64,000 nucleotides of DNA from Acidobacteria bacterium UBA2161 (GTDB lineage Bacteria; Acidobacteriota; Vicinamibacteria; Vicinamibacterales; UBA823): the NCBI GenBank assembly GCA_002328835.1, contig DCWN01000002.1, positions 39,314 to 103,313 on the forward strand, given 5' to 3'. Position 1 is the stretch's first letter. Each line of letters begins with the position of its first letter. The position numbers were made by a program, and so were the translations under genes. Positions 48,877-58,619 of the stretch are shown one piece after another. The notes beneath the pieces were generated by a model that saw only the letters and a program-made list of their open reading frames with translations, was not told the origin of the DNA and did not search any database.

Positions 48877-51186
48877 GTGCGTCTGGGAACAGCCGGCTGG
48901 GTCGCTCGGCTTGCGGCGGTCGTTCTGGTGGGTGCCTGTGCGCCAGCGGCGCCGGACGGTGGTCCGGCGTCCCGCGTCGTTCCCGACGGCGACGCCTATC
49001 GGGTCGAGGCCGCGGGCCGCAGGTTCGCGTCGATTGTGCCCCCCGACCTGGCCGGGGCCGGCCCACCAGAGGTCGCGATCGAGGCGATCGACGGCGGCTG
49101 GTCGCGGGTGGCGTTTCGCTGGCAGCTCGACCGATCGATTCAGCAGGACGATCTGGCCGTGGAACTGGCGCTCGGCCTCGAGCCGGACTTCCACTGGCTG
49201 CCGCACCTGGCGCCCGACGATGGCTACGTGGCGGCCCAGCACGTCTTCCGCTCACCGGCGTTCATCGTCGCCGAAGGGCCGGCGACGCTCGCGGTCGTGC
49301 CCGACCTGGATCTGGTCGGCCAGCGCGCCGGCAACCCCTGGTATCTCGACTACGACGCCCGGGTAGGTCGCGCCTGGGTCGGGATGTCGCTGACATCGAT
49401 TCCGACCCACGTGCTCTACGAGAAGGCGCCCGGCATGACGTTCGAGCCCGGCGAACTCGAGCTGGCGTTCTTCGTGACCGCCTACGCCGATGCGGGCGCA
49501 GACGCGGGGGCCGATACCCCGCCCAACCCCTGGCGCCGCGTGTCACGCTTTCTCTGGGACCGCTGGGCGCGGCCGCTCCATGTCGCGGGCGAGCCGAACC
49601 GGGTGCCGATGGCGCGCTACGTTGAGCGCACCTACGACTGGGCGTTCGAGTCGTGGGCCGACGCGGTCTGGCAGGAGTTCGAGCTGGACGGAACCCGCGT
49701 GGGCGCCCCGCAGTTCATCGTCAACGTCACCCAATCGCCGAACTATCCCGGCGAGTGGGAGCAGCGCGAGTTCCTATCGATCTGGAATCAGGCGTGGTTC
49801 TCGTCGCTGCGCAGTGCGTCGGGCGTGATGCGCTGGGCCCGGCAGGTCGGCTCGGCCGACCTCGAGGCGAAGGCCACGCTGACGAAGGCGTTGGCGCTGG
49901 CGGCGCCGATGCGCGACGGGATCTTTCCGTCGGTGATCCGGACCGACAACGAGATGGTCGCGATCGAGGGTGAGACCTACCAGCGGCCGCGTGGGTGGGA
50001 CGAGGCCTACTGGACGAATTCGAATCGGAGCCCGGAGAATTTCGGCGTCTCGACCGACTGGTACCACCTGCTCGATGCGAGCTGGACGGCGCTGCTGATG
50101 CTGCGGTGGCACGAGGAGTTCGGGGCCGATCCCGACCTGGTCGCCTACGCGCGCACCTACGCCGACAAGCTGCTGACGTTGCAGGAGCCGAGCGGCTTCT
50201 TTCCGTCGTGGCTGCATCCCGAGACGCTCACGCCCTCGGCGGTGTTCCGCGACTCACCCGAGACCAGCATGAGCGTCACGTTCCTCCTGGAGCTGGCCGA
50301 GGTGACCGGGGAGGCGAGCTACCGCGAGTCGGCGCTCCGCGCGATGAACGCCGTCCTCGACGGTCCAGTCCGCAACGGCCGGTGGGAGGACTTCGAGACG
50401 TACTGGTCCTGCAACGCCTTCGGCCAGGACACCCACGTCGGGCGGCCGTTCGATCGAAACGGAATGTTCAAGCAGAACACTTTCTCGATCTTCTGGACGG
50501 CCGAGGCGCTCTACGAGAGCTGGCGCGTCACCAACGACACGCGGTACCTCGCCTGGGGTCGGCGGACGCTCGATGAACTGTCGATGGCGCAGCAGGTCTG
50601 GCAACCGCCGTTCATCTACGTGCCGGCGCTCGGCGGTTTCGGCGTGATGAACACCGATGGTGAGTGGAACGACTCGCGGCAGAGCCTCTTTGCCGAGTTG
50701 TTTCTCCGCTACTACGACGCGACGGGCGACGCGCATCTCTTCGAGCGGGGGGTGGCGGCGCTCAAGTCGTCGTTCGTGATGATGTATGCGCCGGAAAATC
50801 CGATGGCCAAGGAGCAGTGGGAGCTGGCGCATCCGTTCTTCGGGCCGGAGGACTACGGCTTCACGATGGAGAACTACGGGCACGGCGGGACGACGAGTCC
50901 CGAGGGCGTCGGAATCGGCGTCTTCACGATCTACGACTGGGGCAACGGCGCGGCGAGCGAGGCCTACAACCGGGTGACCGACCACTTCGGGCAGGCCTAC
51001 ATCGACCGGCCGCGGGGGCAGGGGTTCGGGATCGACTCGGTCGCGGTCGAGCCGACCGACAGCGGCTTCGCGCTGACCGACCTGGCGCCGGACGGCGCGC
51101 CGCGCGACGTCAGGGTCGTCTTCGAGGACGGATCGGAGACGACGGTTCGCCTCGACGGCGCGACGCCGGTCGTCCTAGAACCCTGA
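48877..51186 (+). CDS. Hypothetical lipoprotein, probable (alpha/alpha)6 glycosidase-like fold
   Basis: GGAGG RBS, lipobox VGAC, helical repeats (LLTLQEPSGFF, ELAEVTGEASY, RVTNDTRYL, YYDATGD), Trp/Asp/Glu-rich loops. Confidence 0.72.
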   Translation: MRLGTAGWVARLAAVVLVGACAPAAPDGGPASRVVPDGDAYRVEAAGRRFASIVPPDLAGAGPPEVAIEAIDGGWSRVAFRWQLDRSIQQDDLAVELALGLEPDFHWLPHLAPDDGYVAAQHVFRSPAFIVAEGPATLAVVPDLDLVGQRAGNPWYLDYDARVGRAWVGMSLTSIPTHVLYEKAPGMTFEPGELELAFFVTAYADAGADAGADTPPNPWRRVSRFLWDRWARPLHVAGEPNRVPMARYVERTYDWAFESWADAVWQEFELDGTRVGAPQFIVNVTQSPNYPGEWEQREFLSIWNQAWFSSLRSASGVMRWARQVGSADLEAKATLTKALALAAPMRDGIFPSVIRTDNEMVAIEGETYQRPRGWDEAYWTNSNRSPENFGVSTDWYHLLDASWTALLMLRWHEEFGADPDLVAYARTYADKLLTLQEPSGFFPSWLHPETLTPSAVFRDSPETSMSVTFLLELAEVTGEASYRESALRAMNAVLDGPVRNGRWEDFETYWSCNAFGQDTHVGRPFDRNGMFKQNTFSIFWTAEALYESWRVTNDTRYLAWGRRTLDELSMAQQVWQPPFIYVPALGGFGVMNTDGEWNDSRQSLFAELFLRYYDATGDAHLFERGVAALKSSFVMMYAPENPMAKEQWELAHPFFGPEDYGFTMENYGHGGTTSPEGVGIGVFTIYDWGNGAASEAYNRVTDHFGQAYIDRPRGQGFGIDSVAVEPTDSGFALTDLAPDGAPRDVRVVFEDGSETTVRLDGATPVVLEP

Positions 51187-51284
51187 CGCGGGTCCTGTCG
51201 CCGGGCTTCCCCCGCGAGTGCTCGCCCAGCAAAGGAAGCTGGCGCTCCGCGCTCGCGGGGGGCCCCCGACCCGGCGCCACCCGC
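51187..51284. repeat. Structured intergenic element, copy 1
   Basis: Starts CGCGGGTCCTGTC; 10-bp stem CCCCCGCGAG/CTCGCGGGGG (51209-51218/51252-51261); outer GCGGGT/ACCCGC. Confidence 0.55.
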
Positions 51285-51305
51285 GGGGGCCAGCCTCGCG
51301 CTTAG

Positions 51306-51809
51306 CTAGAAGCCCTTTTCGTCGGCCGACGGGCCGTAGATCGATGGCACGGCGACGTCCTTCAATCGAATGTAGACGCTCAGCTGGCCGCGGTGGTGGA
51401 TCAGGTGGTTCATCAGGAAGCTGCGCACGACGCCCACCTTCGGCAGGCTCATGATTTCCTGGTCGCCGTTCTTGAGCGTCCAGGTCTGCATCCATTCGGC
51501 GTCCGACTTTGACTCGATGGCCGCGCGGGCCTTGGCGACGCCGGCGTCGAAGTCGGCGAGCGCCTCGTCGTTCGACGTGTAGACCTTCTTCGGTGCGTTG
51601 CCGCCGGACGCAGCGTCCCACGAGTCGGCATCGACGATGCCACCGGCCCAGCCCGGGATCTCGGCGACGTGTTTGACCAGGTCGCCGACCGACATCGACT
51701 TGGCATGAGGTTTCCAGTCGCGATCGGCCATCGGGGCACAGGCGAGCAGTTTCCGGGTCGTGCCCATTTCGTGGTCGAACTCGGGCAGTAGGGCGTCCTT
51801 GATGGCCAT
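51306..51809 (-). CDS. DinB/YfiT family metalloprotein (unrelated to polymerase DinB)
   Basis: WKPHAKSMS..L..H, NHLIHHRGQLSVY, VPSIYGPSAD; GGAG RBS. Confidence 0.9.
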   Translation of the reverse strand: MAIKDALLPEFDHEMGTTRKLLACAPMADRDWKPHAKSMSVGDLVKHVAEIPGWAGGIVDADSWDAASGGNAPKKVYTSNDEALADFDAGVAKARAAIESKSDAEWMQTWTLKNGDQEIMSLPKVGVVRSFLMNHLIHHRGQLSVYIRLKDVAVPSIYGPSADEKGF

Positions 51810-51907
51810 GGGAAGCACTCCTTGTCATGAAGCCGCGCGCGGGATGACGAGCAGCGAACTTCGATTATCGCACAGGCAACACTCGTGAGGTGGGCGCCCG
51901 AGCGCTC

Positions 51908-53296
51908 TTAGCGCGAGGCGACGAGCGCGTGGTCGAGATCGAGCGCGTAGGGCGGCAGCCAGGCCGGCATGTTCGAGAGCGGCAGGACGCTGACGTCGAG
52001 GGCGATGCCGAGGGCGTCAGTCATGAACGTGCGCCGGGCGTCGATCCGTTTCCATGCAGCGGGGTGCCGCCCGGCGAGTTCGGCGCGCAGCGCGTCGTCG
52101 GCCAGGACGATGCCGTCCTCGACGTTCGCGTAGCAGAACGGGCCGTTCGAGACGGGGATGATGTCCATCTGGAGCGCCACGCCAGAGCGCAGGACGGTCT
52201 GGCTTCCCGGCGTGAACGGCGAATGCATCCATTCGTCGAGATGAATGTAATGGCCGGGGTTGACGGCCCGGTGCCAGAGCGAGGCGTCGCGTGCTGCCTC
52301 GACGGCGGCGAAGACGTCGCCCGCGACGGCGCCGACCGTCACCGTCTGGTACCAGGCGACCACGGCATCGAAGTAGTTCGCCACGTAGGCGGGGTAGAAG
52401 TCCGCCACGCCGTCGGGCAGATCGTCCCGCCTGTTGCCGACGACGCCGGCCCGGCAGGTCAGGGCGCCCCAGATGCCGAATGCGGTCGTGTAGGTGTCAC
52501 CCCGCGCAGCCCTGAGATGGGAAGGGCTCGAGAGGCCGCGTCTCGCTTTCTCGCCGAAGCTCAGCATCGGGTGGCACGACTGCGGGAGGACGTCGCCGCG
52601 CATGAGGCGCGCGAGGTCGGCCTCACTGGTGCCGGGTTCGAGGTGGCGGACGACATCGAGGACGCTCTCCGAGGTCCGAGTTGCCGCGAACTCGAACCTG
52701 GCGATCTGATCGGCCGAGTTCGTGAGCCGCAGGCCGTCGTCGGGGTTCATGAAGAGGGCGGTCGCATTTCGCACGGAGCCGCGGTCGCCCGTCAGCGCCC
52801 TGAGCGCATCGACAACGTACGAGGGAATCTCGATCGCGCGGTCGGGGTCGTCGACCAGACCCGCCTCGAAGTACTTCCAGCCGACGCAGCCGACATTCCG
52901 GCCCGCGCCGACGCCGAAGTCGCCGAGGATCGCGGCCAGCGGCCGCGACCCGTCGCGCTGCTGGCCGAGCAGGCTCAGCTCCTGGAACAGTTCGACGTCG
53001 AGGCCGAGCGAAGGGTCTGGGAGATAGCCGAGACACTCGTTGCCGACAAGCAGCAGTCGGCGGCCGGCGGTGTCGAGCAGGAGCAGCGCCTCCTCGAAAC
53101 GCGGATCGAACCCGGTCAGGAACGCCAGGGTGGCCGAGTGCTCCCGGTCGGCATAGACGATGAGAATGTCCAGACTGTCGCGCTGCATCCGCCCGGTCGC
53201 GGCGTCGAGGCGTGCGCGGTATTCGTCGAGCGGTAGGTCGGGCAGCGTTTCGGACCTGCCGAAATCAGGCACCTGGACCGAAGCGATTCGGTTCAT
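51908..53296 (-). CDS. Creatinase/M24 aminopeptidase-like protein
   Basis: YADREH, FLTGFDPRFEE, NPGHYIHLDEW, QMDIIP, NVEDG. Confidence 0.75.
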   Translation of the reverse strand: MNRIASVQVPDFGRSETLPDLPLDEYRARLDAATGRMQRDSLDILIVYADREHSATLAFLTGFDPRFEEALLLLDTAGRRLLLVGNECLGYLPDPSLGLDVELFQELSLLGQQRDGSRPLAAILGDFGVGAGRNVGCVGWKYFEAGLVDDPDRAIEIPSYVVDALRALTGDRGSVRNATALFMNPDDGLRLTNSADQIARFEFAATRTSESVLDVVRHLEPGTSEADLARLMRGDVLPQSCHPMLSFGEKARRGLSSPSHLRAARGDTYTTAFGIWGALTCRAGVVGNRRDDLPDGVADFYPAYVANYFDAVVAWYQTVTVGAVAGDVFAAVEAARDASLWHRAVNPGHYIHLDEWMHSPFTPGSQTVLRSGVALQMDIIPVSNGPFCYANVEDGIVLADDALRAELAGRHPAAWKRIDARRTFMTDALGIALDVSVLPLSNMPAWLPPYALDLDHALVASR

Positions 53297-54066
53297 GAAG
53301 TTCCAGGGTGGCGCGACCCTTGCGCCAACTCGACCATCTTCCGGATCCGCTCGGAGTCCGTCACGTCGGTCGCAAACTCCGTTCGGTCCGGAGCGCGGCC
53401 CATGTAGAGCCGGGGATTCCGAAACGTCATCCCGCTGTCGACCTCTCGGGTGCCGGTCACGTGGACCTCGCCGGCGCCGGTCGCTTCCAGAATCTTCGTC
53501 AGGCTGGTTTCGTCGATGCCCCCACCCGGCATGACCGCGATCTTGTCACCGGCCTGTTTCACGAGCTTCGCCAGCAAGTCGATTCCCTCGACGGCCGTCG
53601 GGGCCTGGCCCGACGTCAGGACACGATCGACGCCGAGGGCGATGAGATCCGTCAAGGCCTTCTTGGGGTCGGCGGTCATGTCGAACGCCCGGTGAAACGT
53701 GACCGACATCGGGCGTGCCTGCTCGGTGAGTTGCCGGGTGCGCGCCAGGTCGATGCTGCCGTCGGGCAACAACAGGCCGAGGACGACGCCGACGGCGCCC
53801 AGCCGCTTGGCCATCTCGACGTCGCGCTGCATCGACGCGAACTCAGCGTCGGTGTAGAGGAAATCGCCACCGCGCGGCCGAATCATGACGTGCGCGGCGA
53901 TCGCGACCCGCTGACGCGCGACGGCGATCGTTCCGGCGCTCGGCGTCAGGCCGCCCTCGCTGAGCGCCGCGCACAGTTCGATCCGGTCGGCGCCGCCGGC
54001 CTCGGCCGCCAGGGCGCCCTCGATCGAATCGACGCAGGCTTCCAGGATGACTTCGTGTGGCATCAC
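53293..54066 (-). CDS. cutC: CutC family TIM-barrel protein
   Basis: LEACVDS, GADRIELC, GGLTPS, MIRPRGGDFLY, TFHRAFD, RVLTSG, MPGGG. Confidence 0.94.
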   Translation of the reverse strand: MMPHEVILEACVDSIEGALAAEAGGADRIELCAALSEGGLTPSAGTIAVARQRVAIAAHVMIRPRGGDFLYTDAEFASMQRDVEMAKRLGAVGVVLGLLLPDGSIDLARTRQLTEQARPMSVTFHRAFDMTADPKKALTDLIALGVDRVLTSGQAPTAVEGIDLLAKLVKQAGDKIAVMPGGGIDETSLTKILEATGAGEVHVTGTREVDSGMTFRNPRLYMGRAPDRTEFATDVTDSERIRKMVELAQGSRHPGTS

Positions 54067-54243
54067 CTGTTCACGCCGAGCGCCGGTGCGAGGGTCCCGG
54101 GCTCAGACAGTCCTCGCACGCCGGCGGCAGAAGCGACTTGCACTGCACATTCGTGACCGAGGCCGTCGACGCGCTGTCCACCCTGCGGGCGACTCGCCGG
54201 CTCTTTCTCCAGACGGTGCCTCTGAACTAGGGCCGCAGGAGAA

Positions 54244-54313
54244 GCGGGGTGCAGGGTTCCCCGCGATCAATGAACGGACCACCGGTGGGGCCCCGCCAGG
54301 GACAGGACCCGCG
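54244..54313. repeat. Structured intergenic element, copy 2 (inverted relative to copy 1)
   Basis: 54301-54313 GACAGGACCCGCG is the exact reverse complement of 51187-51199; both copies contain TCGCGGGG..CCC and end CACCC(C)GC. Confidence 0.5.
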
Positions 54314-54335
54314 CCGGCCGCTGTGGTTTCGTCTC

Positions 54336-55913
54336 CTACGCAAAGTACGCCCACAGGCCGACGATCGCGACGCCGACGATCCCCGTCATGACCTTTTCGG
54401 TCGTCCGGCCGGCGATCTCGGCGGCATGGCTCTCCCAGTCGAGCGTCGTGTCGGCCAACGACTCCGCCGCGCCGCGCTCGCTCGGCCGGCTCAGCCAGAC
54501 CATCATCCCGACCGAGACGAAGAAGAGGATCACCGAGAAGTTCAGGAAGCTGAACTCGACGACCGCGTTCAGACCACCCAGGTTCCAGCCGAGGCCGTTG
54601 TGCAGGACGTCTAGGAGGAAGCGGGTGCCGCCGATGACGCCGCCGAAGATGAGCGTCGTCAGGGCGGCGCGCGCGGTCGCGCCCTTCCAGAGGATGCCGA
54701 CCAGGAACGCCGCCGTGATCGGCGCCGCCAGGCTGGCCTGGATGCTCTGGAGGTACTGGTAGATCTCGCTGTTCATGAACTGGATGAATGGGATCCAGAG
54801 GATGGAGACGACGACGATGACGGCGGTCGTCATCCGGCCGACGCGGACGAGCGTCTTCTCGGCGGCGTCGGGGTGCCGCTTCTTGTAGACGTCCATCGTC
54901 AGGAGCGTCGAGCACGAGTTGAAGACCGAACTGAGCGACGACATCAGCGCCGCCAGGAGGGCGGCGATCATCAGCCCCTGGACGCCCGCCGGCAGCAGAC
55001 GCAGCACCAACAACGGATAGGCGTTGTCGCCTGTCACATCCTCCGGCCAGAGCGCCTTGGCGATGAGCCCCGGCAACACCAGGATGAAGACCGGCAGGAT
55101 CTTGAGCGCGGCGCAGAAGATCGTCCCCTTGCGCGCGTCGTGGATGTCCTTCGCCGACAGCGTCTTCTGGACGATCACCTGGTCGGTGCACCAGTACCAG
55201 ATGCCGAGGATGATCGTTCCCAGCGTCGTTCCCGGCCACGGATAGACGGCGTCGCTCGCCGGCTTGATCATGTGGAAGAAATCGGCCGGCAGTGCCGCCC
55301 GCAGGCCGGCGAAGCCGCCGACTTCGTTCAGGCCGAGCGTCATCAGGAGGAGTCCGCCGGCGATCAGGATGAAGGACTGGACGAGGTCGGTGTAGATGAC
55401 CGCGGCCAGGCCGCCGGCGATCGTGTAGGCGCCGGTCGCGACGACGAGGAGGATCGCGGAGGTCATGTAGTCCCAGCCGAAGACCTCGCGGATCAGGATC
55501 CCGCCGGCGAAGAGCGAGACGGAGATCTTCGTGAAGATGTAGGCGAAGATCGACACCCACGTCAGGTAGGCGCGGCAGCCCGGGCTGAACCGCCGCTCCA
55601 GGAACTCCGGCATCGTGAAGACGCGGGTCTTCAGGTAGTGCGGCAGGAAGAGCCAGCCCAGGACGAAGAGGCAGAGCGAGGCCGACCACTCGTAGGCGCC
55701 GACCGCCAGGCCCGATGTGGCGCCCGATCCGGCCAGGCCGATGAAGTGCTCGCTGCCGATGTTCGTCGCGAAGACCGCCGCGCCGATCGCGAACCAGCCG
55801 ACGTGCCGGCCGGCCAGGAAGTACTCGCGGCTCGTCCGCTCCTTCCGCGCGAAGTGGAAGCCGATCGCGAAGATGCCGAGGAAGTAGGCGACGAGGATGA
55901 GGTTGTCGAGCAT
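54336..55913 (-). CDS. Sodium:solute symporter (SGLT-like sugar transporter)
   Basis: YFLAGR, NIGSEHFIGLAG, TMPEFLERRF, GGLAAVIYTD, WYWCTDQVIVQ, AALMSSLSS. Confidence 0.93.
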   Translation of the reverse strand: MLDNLILVAYFLGIFAIGFHFARKERTSREYFLAGRHVGWFAIGAAVFATNIGSEHFIGLAGSGATSGLAVGAYEWSASLCLFVLGWLFLPHYLKTRVFTMPEFLERRFSPGCRAYLTWVSIFAYIFTKISVSLFAGGILIREVFGWDYMTSAILLVVATGAYTIAGGLAAVIYTDLVQSFILIAGGLLLMTLGLNEVGGFAGLRAALPADFFHMIKPASDAVYPWPGTTLGTIILGIWYWCTDQVIVQKTLSAKDIHDARKGTIFCAALKILPVFILVLPGLIAKALWPEDVTGDNAYPLLVLRLLPAGVQGLMIAALLAALMSSLSSVFNSCSTLLTMDVYKKRHPDAAEKTLVRVGRMTTAVIVVVSILWIPFIQFMNSEIYQYLQSIQASLAAPITAAFLVGILWKGATARAALTTLIFGGVIGGTRFLLDVLHNGLGWNLGGLNAVVEFSFLNFSVILFFVSVGMMVWLSRPSERGAAESLADTTLDWESHAAEIAGRTTEKVMTGIVGVAIVGLWAYFA

Positions 55914-55955
55914 GGAAAACGGCGCGATTATACCGCGCCGTCAGCTTCCGTAGCC

Positions 55956-57122
55956 CTATCTCGCGCCGAGGAGAATCTCGATCGTCAACTGGTCGAGCTT
56001 CTCGTAGGGGAGCCGGCGCTGGCCGATCGCTTTCCGGTCGAAGTCGAAGGCCAGGAGCGCGTCGGCGTGGGCCGTCGAATGCTTCTCGACGGTCGGCGTC
56101 CCCGGCCGGTCGGCGGAGATCTCCTTCAGGATCCCCTGAATCTCGGCGTCGGCGTTCCAGCGCGCCGCCTTCTCCTTGAGGATGAGGTAGGTCCGCATGC
56201 AGCCGCGCGCGAAGTCGCGGACGCCCTCGTCGTCCTCGGTCCGGTAGGCGTGCGCGTCGAAGTGGCGTGGGTTGTCGTAGCCGACGTCCTCGAGGAACTT
56301 CACCAGGAAGAACGCCGCCTTCGGGTTCGCGGCAGCGAACCGGAAGTCCTGGTCGTGGCGGCCGATCACCTGGTCGTTCAGGTCGATGTGGAACAGCTTG
56401 CCGGCCTCCCAGGCCTGGGCGACGGCGTGGGTCATGTTCAGGCCGGCCATGTGCTCGTGTGCCACCTCGGGGTTGACGCCGACCATCTCGGAATGCGCCA
56501 AGGTCGTGATGAATCCGAGGTAGGCGCCGGTCGTTGGGAAGTAGATGTCGCCGCGCGGCTCGTTCGGCTTCGCCTCGAGCGCAATGCGGTAGCCGTAGCC
56601 GTTCGCGATCGAGTAGTCGCAGACGTAGTCGATCGCGTCGCGCAGCCGCTTGACGGCCGCGTCGGGCCGGCGGCAGGCATCGGTCTCGGTTCCCTCACGC
56701 CCGCCCCAGACAACGTAGGTCTTCGCACCCAGTTCGCCGCCGAGGTCCATCGCTCGCAGCGTCTTCTGCAGCGCGTAGCCGCGGACGGCCGGGTCGTTCG
56801 ACGTGAACGCGCCGTCGCGAAAGACCGGATCGAAGAAGAGGTTCGCCGAGACCATCGACGTGACGACGCCGTGGTCGGCGCAGGCTCCCTTGAACTCGGC
56901 CACGATCCGATCGCGGTCGGCGGTCGAGGCATCGATCGGCACCAGGTCGTTGTCGTGCAGGTTGACGCCCCAGGCGCCGGCCTCGCCGAGCCACCGGACC
57001 AACTCGGTCGGCTTGACCGGCGGCCGGACCGCGTCCCCGAACGGGTCGCGCCCGCGGTTGCCGACCGTCCAGAGACCGAAGGAGAACTTGTGCTCGGGGA
57101 GTGGGGTGTAGTCGTTGGTCAT
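55956..57122 (-). CDS. xylA: Xylose isomerase (class I, short type)
   Basis: [52 protein letters not shown]. Confidence 0.96.
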   Translation of the reverse strand: MTNDYTPLPEHKFSFGLWTVGNRGRDPFGDAVRPPVKPTELVRWLGEAGAWGVNLHDNDLVPIDASTADRDRIVAEFKGACADHGVVTSMVSANLFFDPVFRDGAFTSNDPAVRGYALQKTLRAMDLGGELGAKTYVVWGGREGTETDACRRPDAAVKRLRDAIDYVCDYSIANGYGYRIALEAKPNEPRGDIYFPTTGAYLGFITTLAHSEMVGVNPEVAHEHMAGLNMTHAVAQAWEAGKLFHIDLNDQVIGRHDQDFRFAAANPKAAFFLVKFLEDVGYDNPRHFDAHAYRTEDDEGVRDFARGCMRTYLILKEKAARWNADAEIQGILKEISADRPGTPTVEKHSTAHADALLAFDFDRKAIGQRRLPYEKLDQLTIEILLGAR

Positions 57123-58615
57123 GAATTCAGTACCTGGGTGATGGCGGGGTAGAGCGCGCGATACCGCGCGTAGTGCCGGTCGAGGACGGCGGCATCCGCC
57201 TCGTTCGGATCGACCCGGTCGGCGATCGCGACGGCGGCGTCACACGCCTCATCGACCGTCCTCCAGACGCCGGTGCCGACGCCCGCGAGCAGTGCGGCGC
57301 CGTAGGCCGCTCCCTCTTCCGCCGCCAGCGTTGCCACCTGATGACGGTAGACGTCGGCCTGTACCTGCCGCCAGAGCGGTGAGCGGGCGCCGCCGCCGCC
57401 CAGCCGGATCTCGTTCACCGGCACCTGCATCGTCGCGAGAATCGTGAACGAGTCGCGGAGGCTGAACGCCACGCCTTCGAGGATCGCCCGGACGACATGG
57501 GCTCGCGTGTGCGATGCGGCAAGACCGACCAGGGCGGCGCGCGCGTTGGCGTCGAGGTGCGGCGTCCGTTCGCCCATCAGATACGGCGCCCAGAGGACGC
57601 CGTTGCTGCCGACTGGTGCTTCGGCCGCCTCGTCGGCGAGGCGGTCGTAGGGGTCGCGGCCGTCGTCGTCACCGGCCCCGAACCGATCCCGGAACCACCG
57701 AAGCGACAATCCGGCGGCCTGCGTCACGCCCATGACGTGCCAGCGCCCCGGCACGGCGTGGCAAAAGGTGTGGACACGGCCCTCCGAGTCGAGGGCGGGC
57801 GCATCGGTGGCCGCGAAGACGACGCCCGAGGTGCCGATCGTCGCGCTCACAGCGCCGGGCCGGACGATCCCCATGCCGACCGCGCCGGCCGACTGGTCGC
57901 CGCCGCCGGCGACGACCGGAGTCCCCGCGGCGAGGCCGGCCTCGGCGGCCGCGCCGGTCGACAGCCGGCCGGTGATCTCCGGACCTTCATGGAGCGATGG
58001 CAGTAGCGCCGTGTCGAGCCCGGTGGCGGCGAGCATCTCCGACGACCAACGTCGGTGCGCCACATCGAGCAGCAAGGTGCCCGAGGCGTCGGCCATGTCG
58101 GTCGCGCGCTCGCCGGTCAGCTTGAACCGGACGTAGTCTTTGGGCAGCAGGATGCTCCGCACCCGTTCCCACAGCTCGGGTTCGTGCGTCCGGACCCAGA
58201 GCAGCTTGGGGAGCGTGAAGCCGGTCAGTGCCGGGTTGGATGTCAGCTCGATCAGTCGCTGCCGCCCGACCGTCTCGGTGAGCCAGTCGCATTCGGCTTG
58301 AGTCCGCTGGTCGCACCAGAGCAGTGCCGGCCTGACGACCGAGTCGGCGGCGTCGAGAAGGACCGAGCCGTGCATCTGGCCGGAGAGTCCAATCCCGCGG
58401 ACGTCACCTGCCTCGCACGAGGCGGCCTCGAGCGCGGTGCGGACGGCCAGGCGGCTGGCGCGCCACCAGTCGTCCGGGGATTGCTCTGCCCAGCCGGTCT
58501 GGGGCGATGCGAAGTCGACGTGCTCCTCGGTGGCCGAGGCGAGGACGGCCCCCGCCTCGTCGATGACGAGCGCGCGGCTGCCGCCGGTGCCGACGTCGAT
58601 GCCGAGGAGAGGCAT
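57119..58615 (-). CDS. xylB: Xylulokinase
   Basis: [57 protein letters not shown]. Confidence 0.95.
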   Translation of the reverse strand: MPLLGIDVGTGGSRALVIDEAGAVLASATEEHVDFASPQTGWAEQSPDDWWRASRLAVRTALEAASCEAGDVRGIGLSGQMHGSVLLDAADSVVRPALLWCDQRTQAECDWLTETVGRQRLIELTSNPALTGFTLPKLLWVRTHEPELWERVRSILLPKDYVRFKLTGERATDMADASGTLLLDVAHRRWSSEMLAATGLDTALLPSLHEGPEITGRLSTGAAAEAGLAAGTPVVAGGGDQSAGAVGMGIVRPGAVSATIGTSGVVFAATDAPALDSEGRVHTFCHAVPGRWHVMGVTQAAGLSLRWFRDRFGAGDDDGRDPYDRLADEAAEAPVGSNGVLWAPYLMGERTPHLDANARAALVGLAASHTRAHVVRAILEGVAFSLRDSFTILATMQVPVNEIRLGGGGARSPLWRQVQADVYRHQVATLAAEEGAAYGAALLAGVGTGVWRTVDEACDAAVAIADRVDPNEADAAVLDRHYARYRALYPAITQVLNS

Positions 58616-58619
58616 GGGG

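Noticed and set aside
54130-54243. Possible glycine or lysine riboswitch upstream of cutC
   Set aside because: Only short purine-rich matches; the conserved cores were not found
54873-57152. 759-aa plus-strand ORF opposite SSS and xylA (and similar long shadow ORFs elsewhere)
   Set aside because: Explained by stop-codon scarcity on the antisense strand of GC3-rich genes; no domain signal
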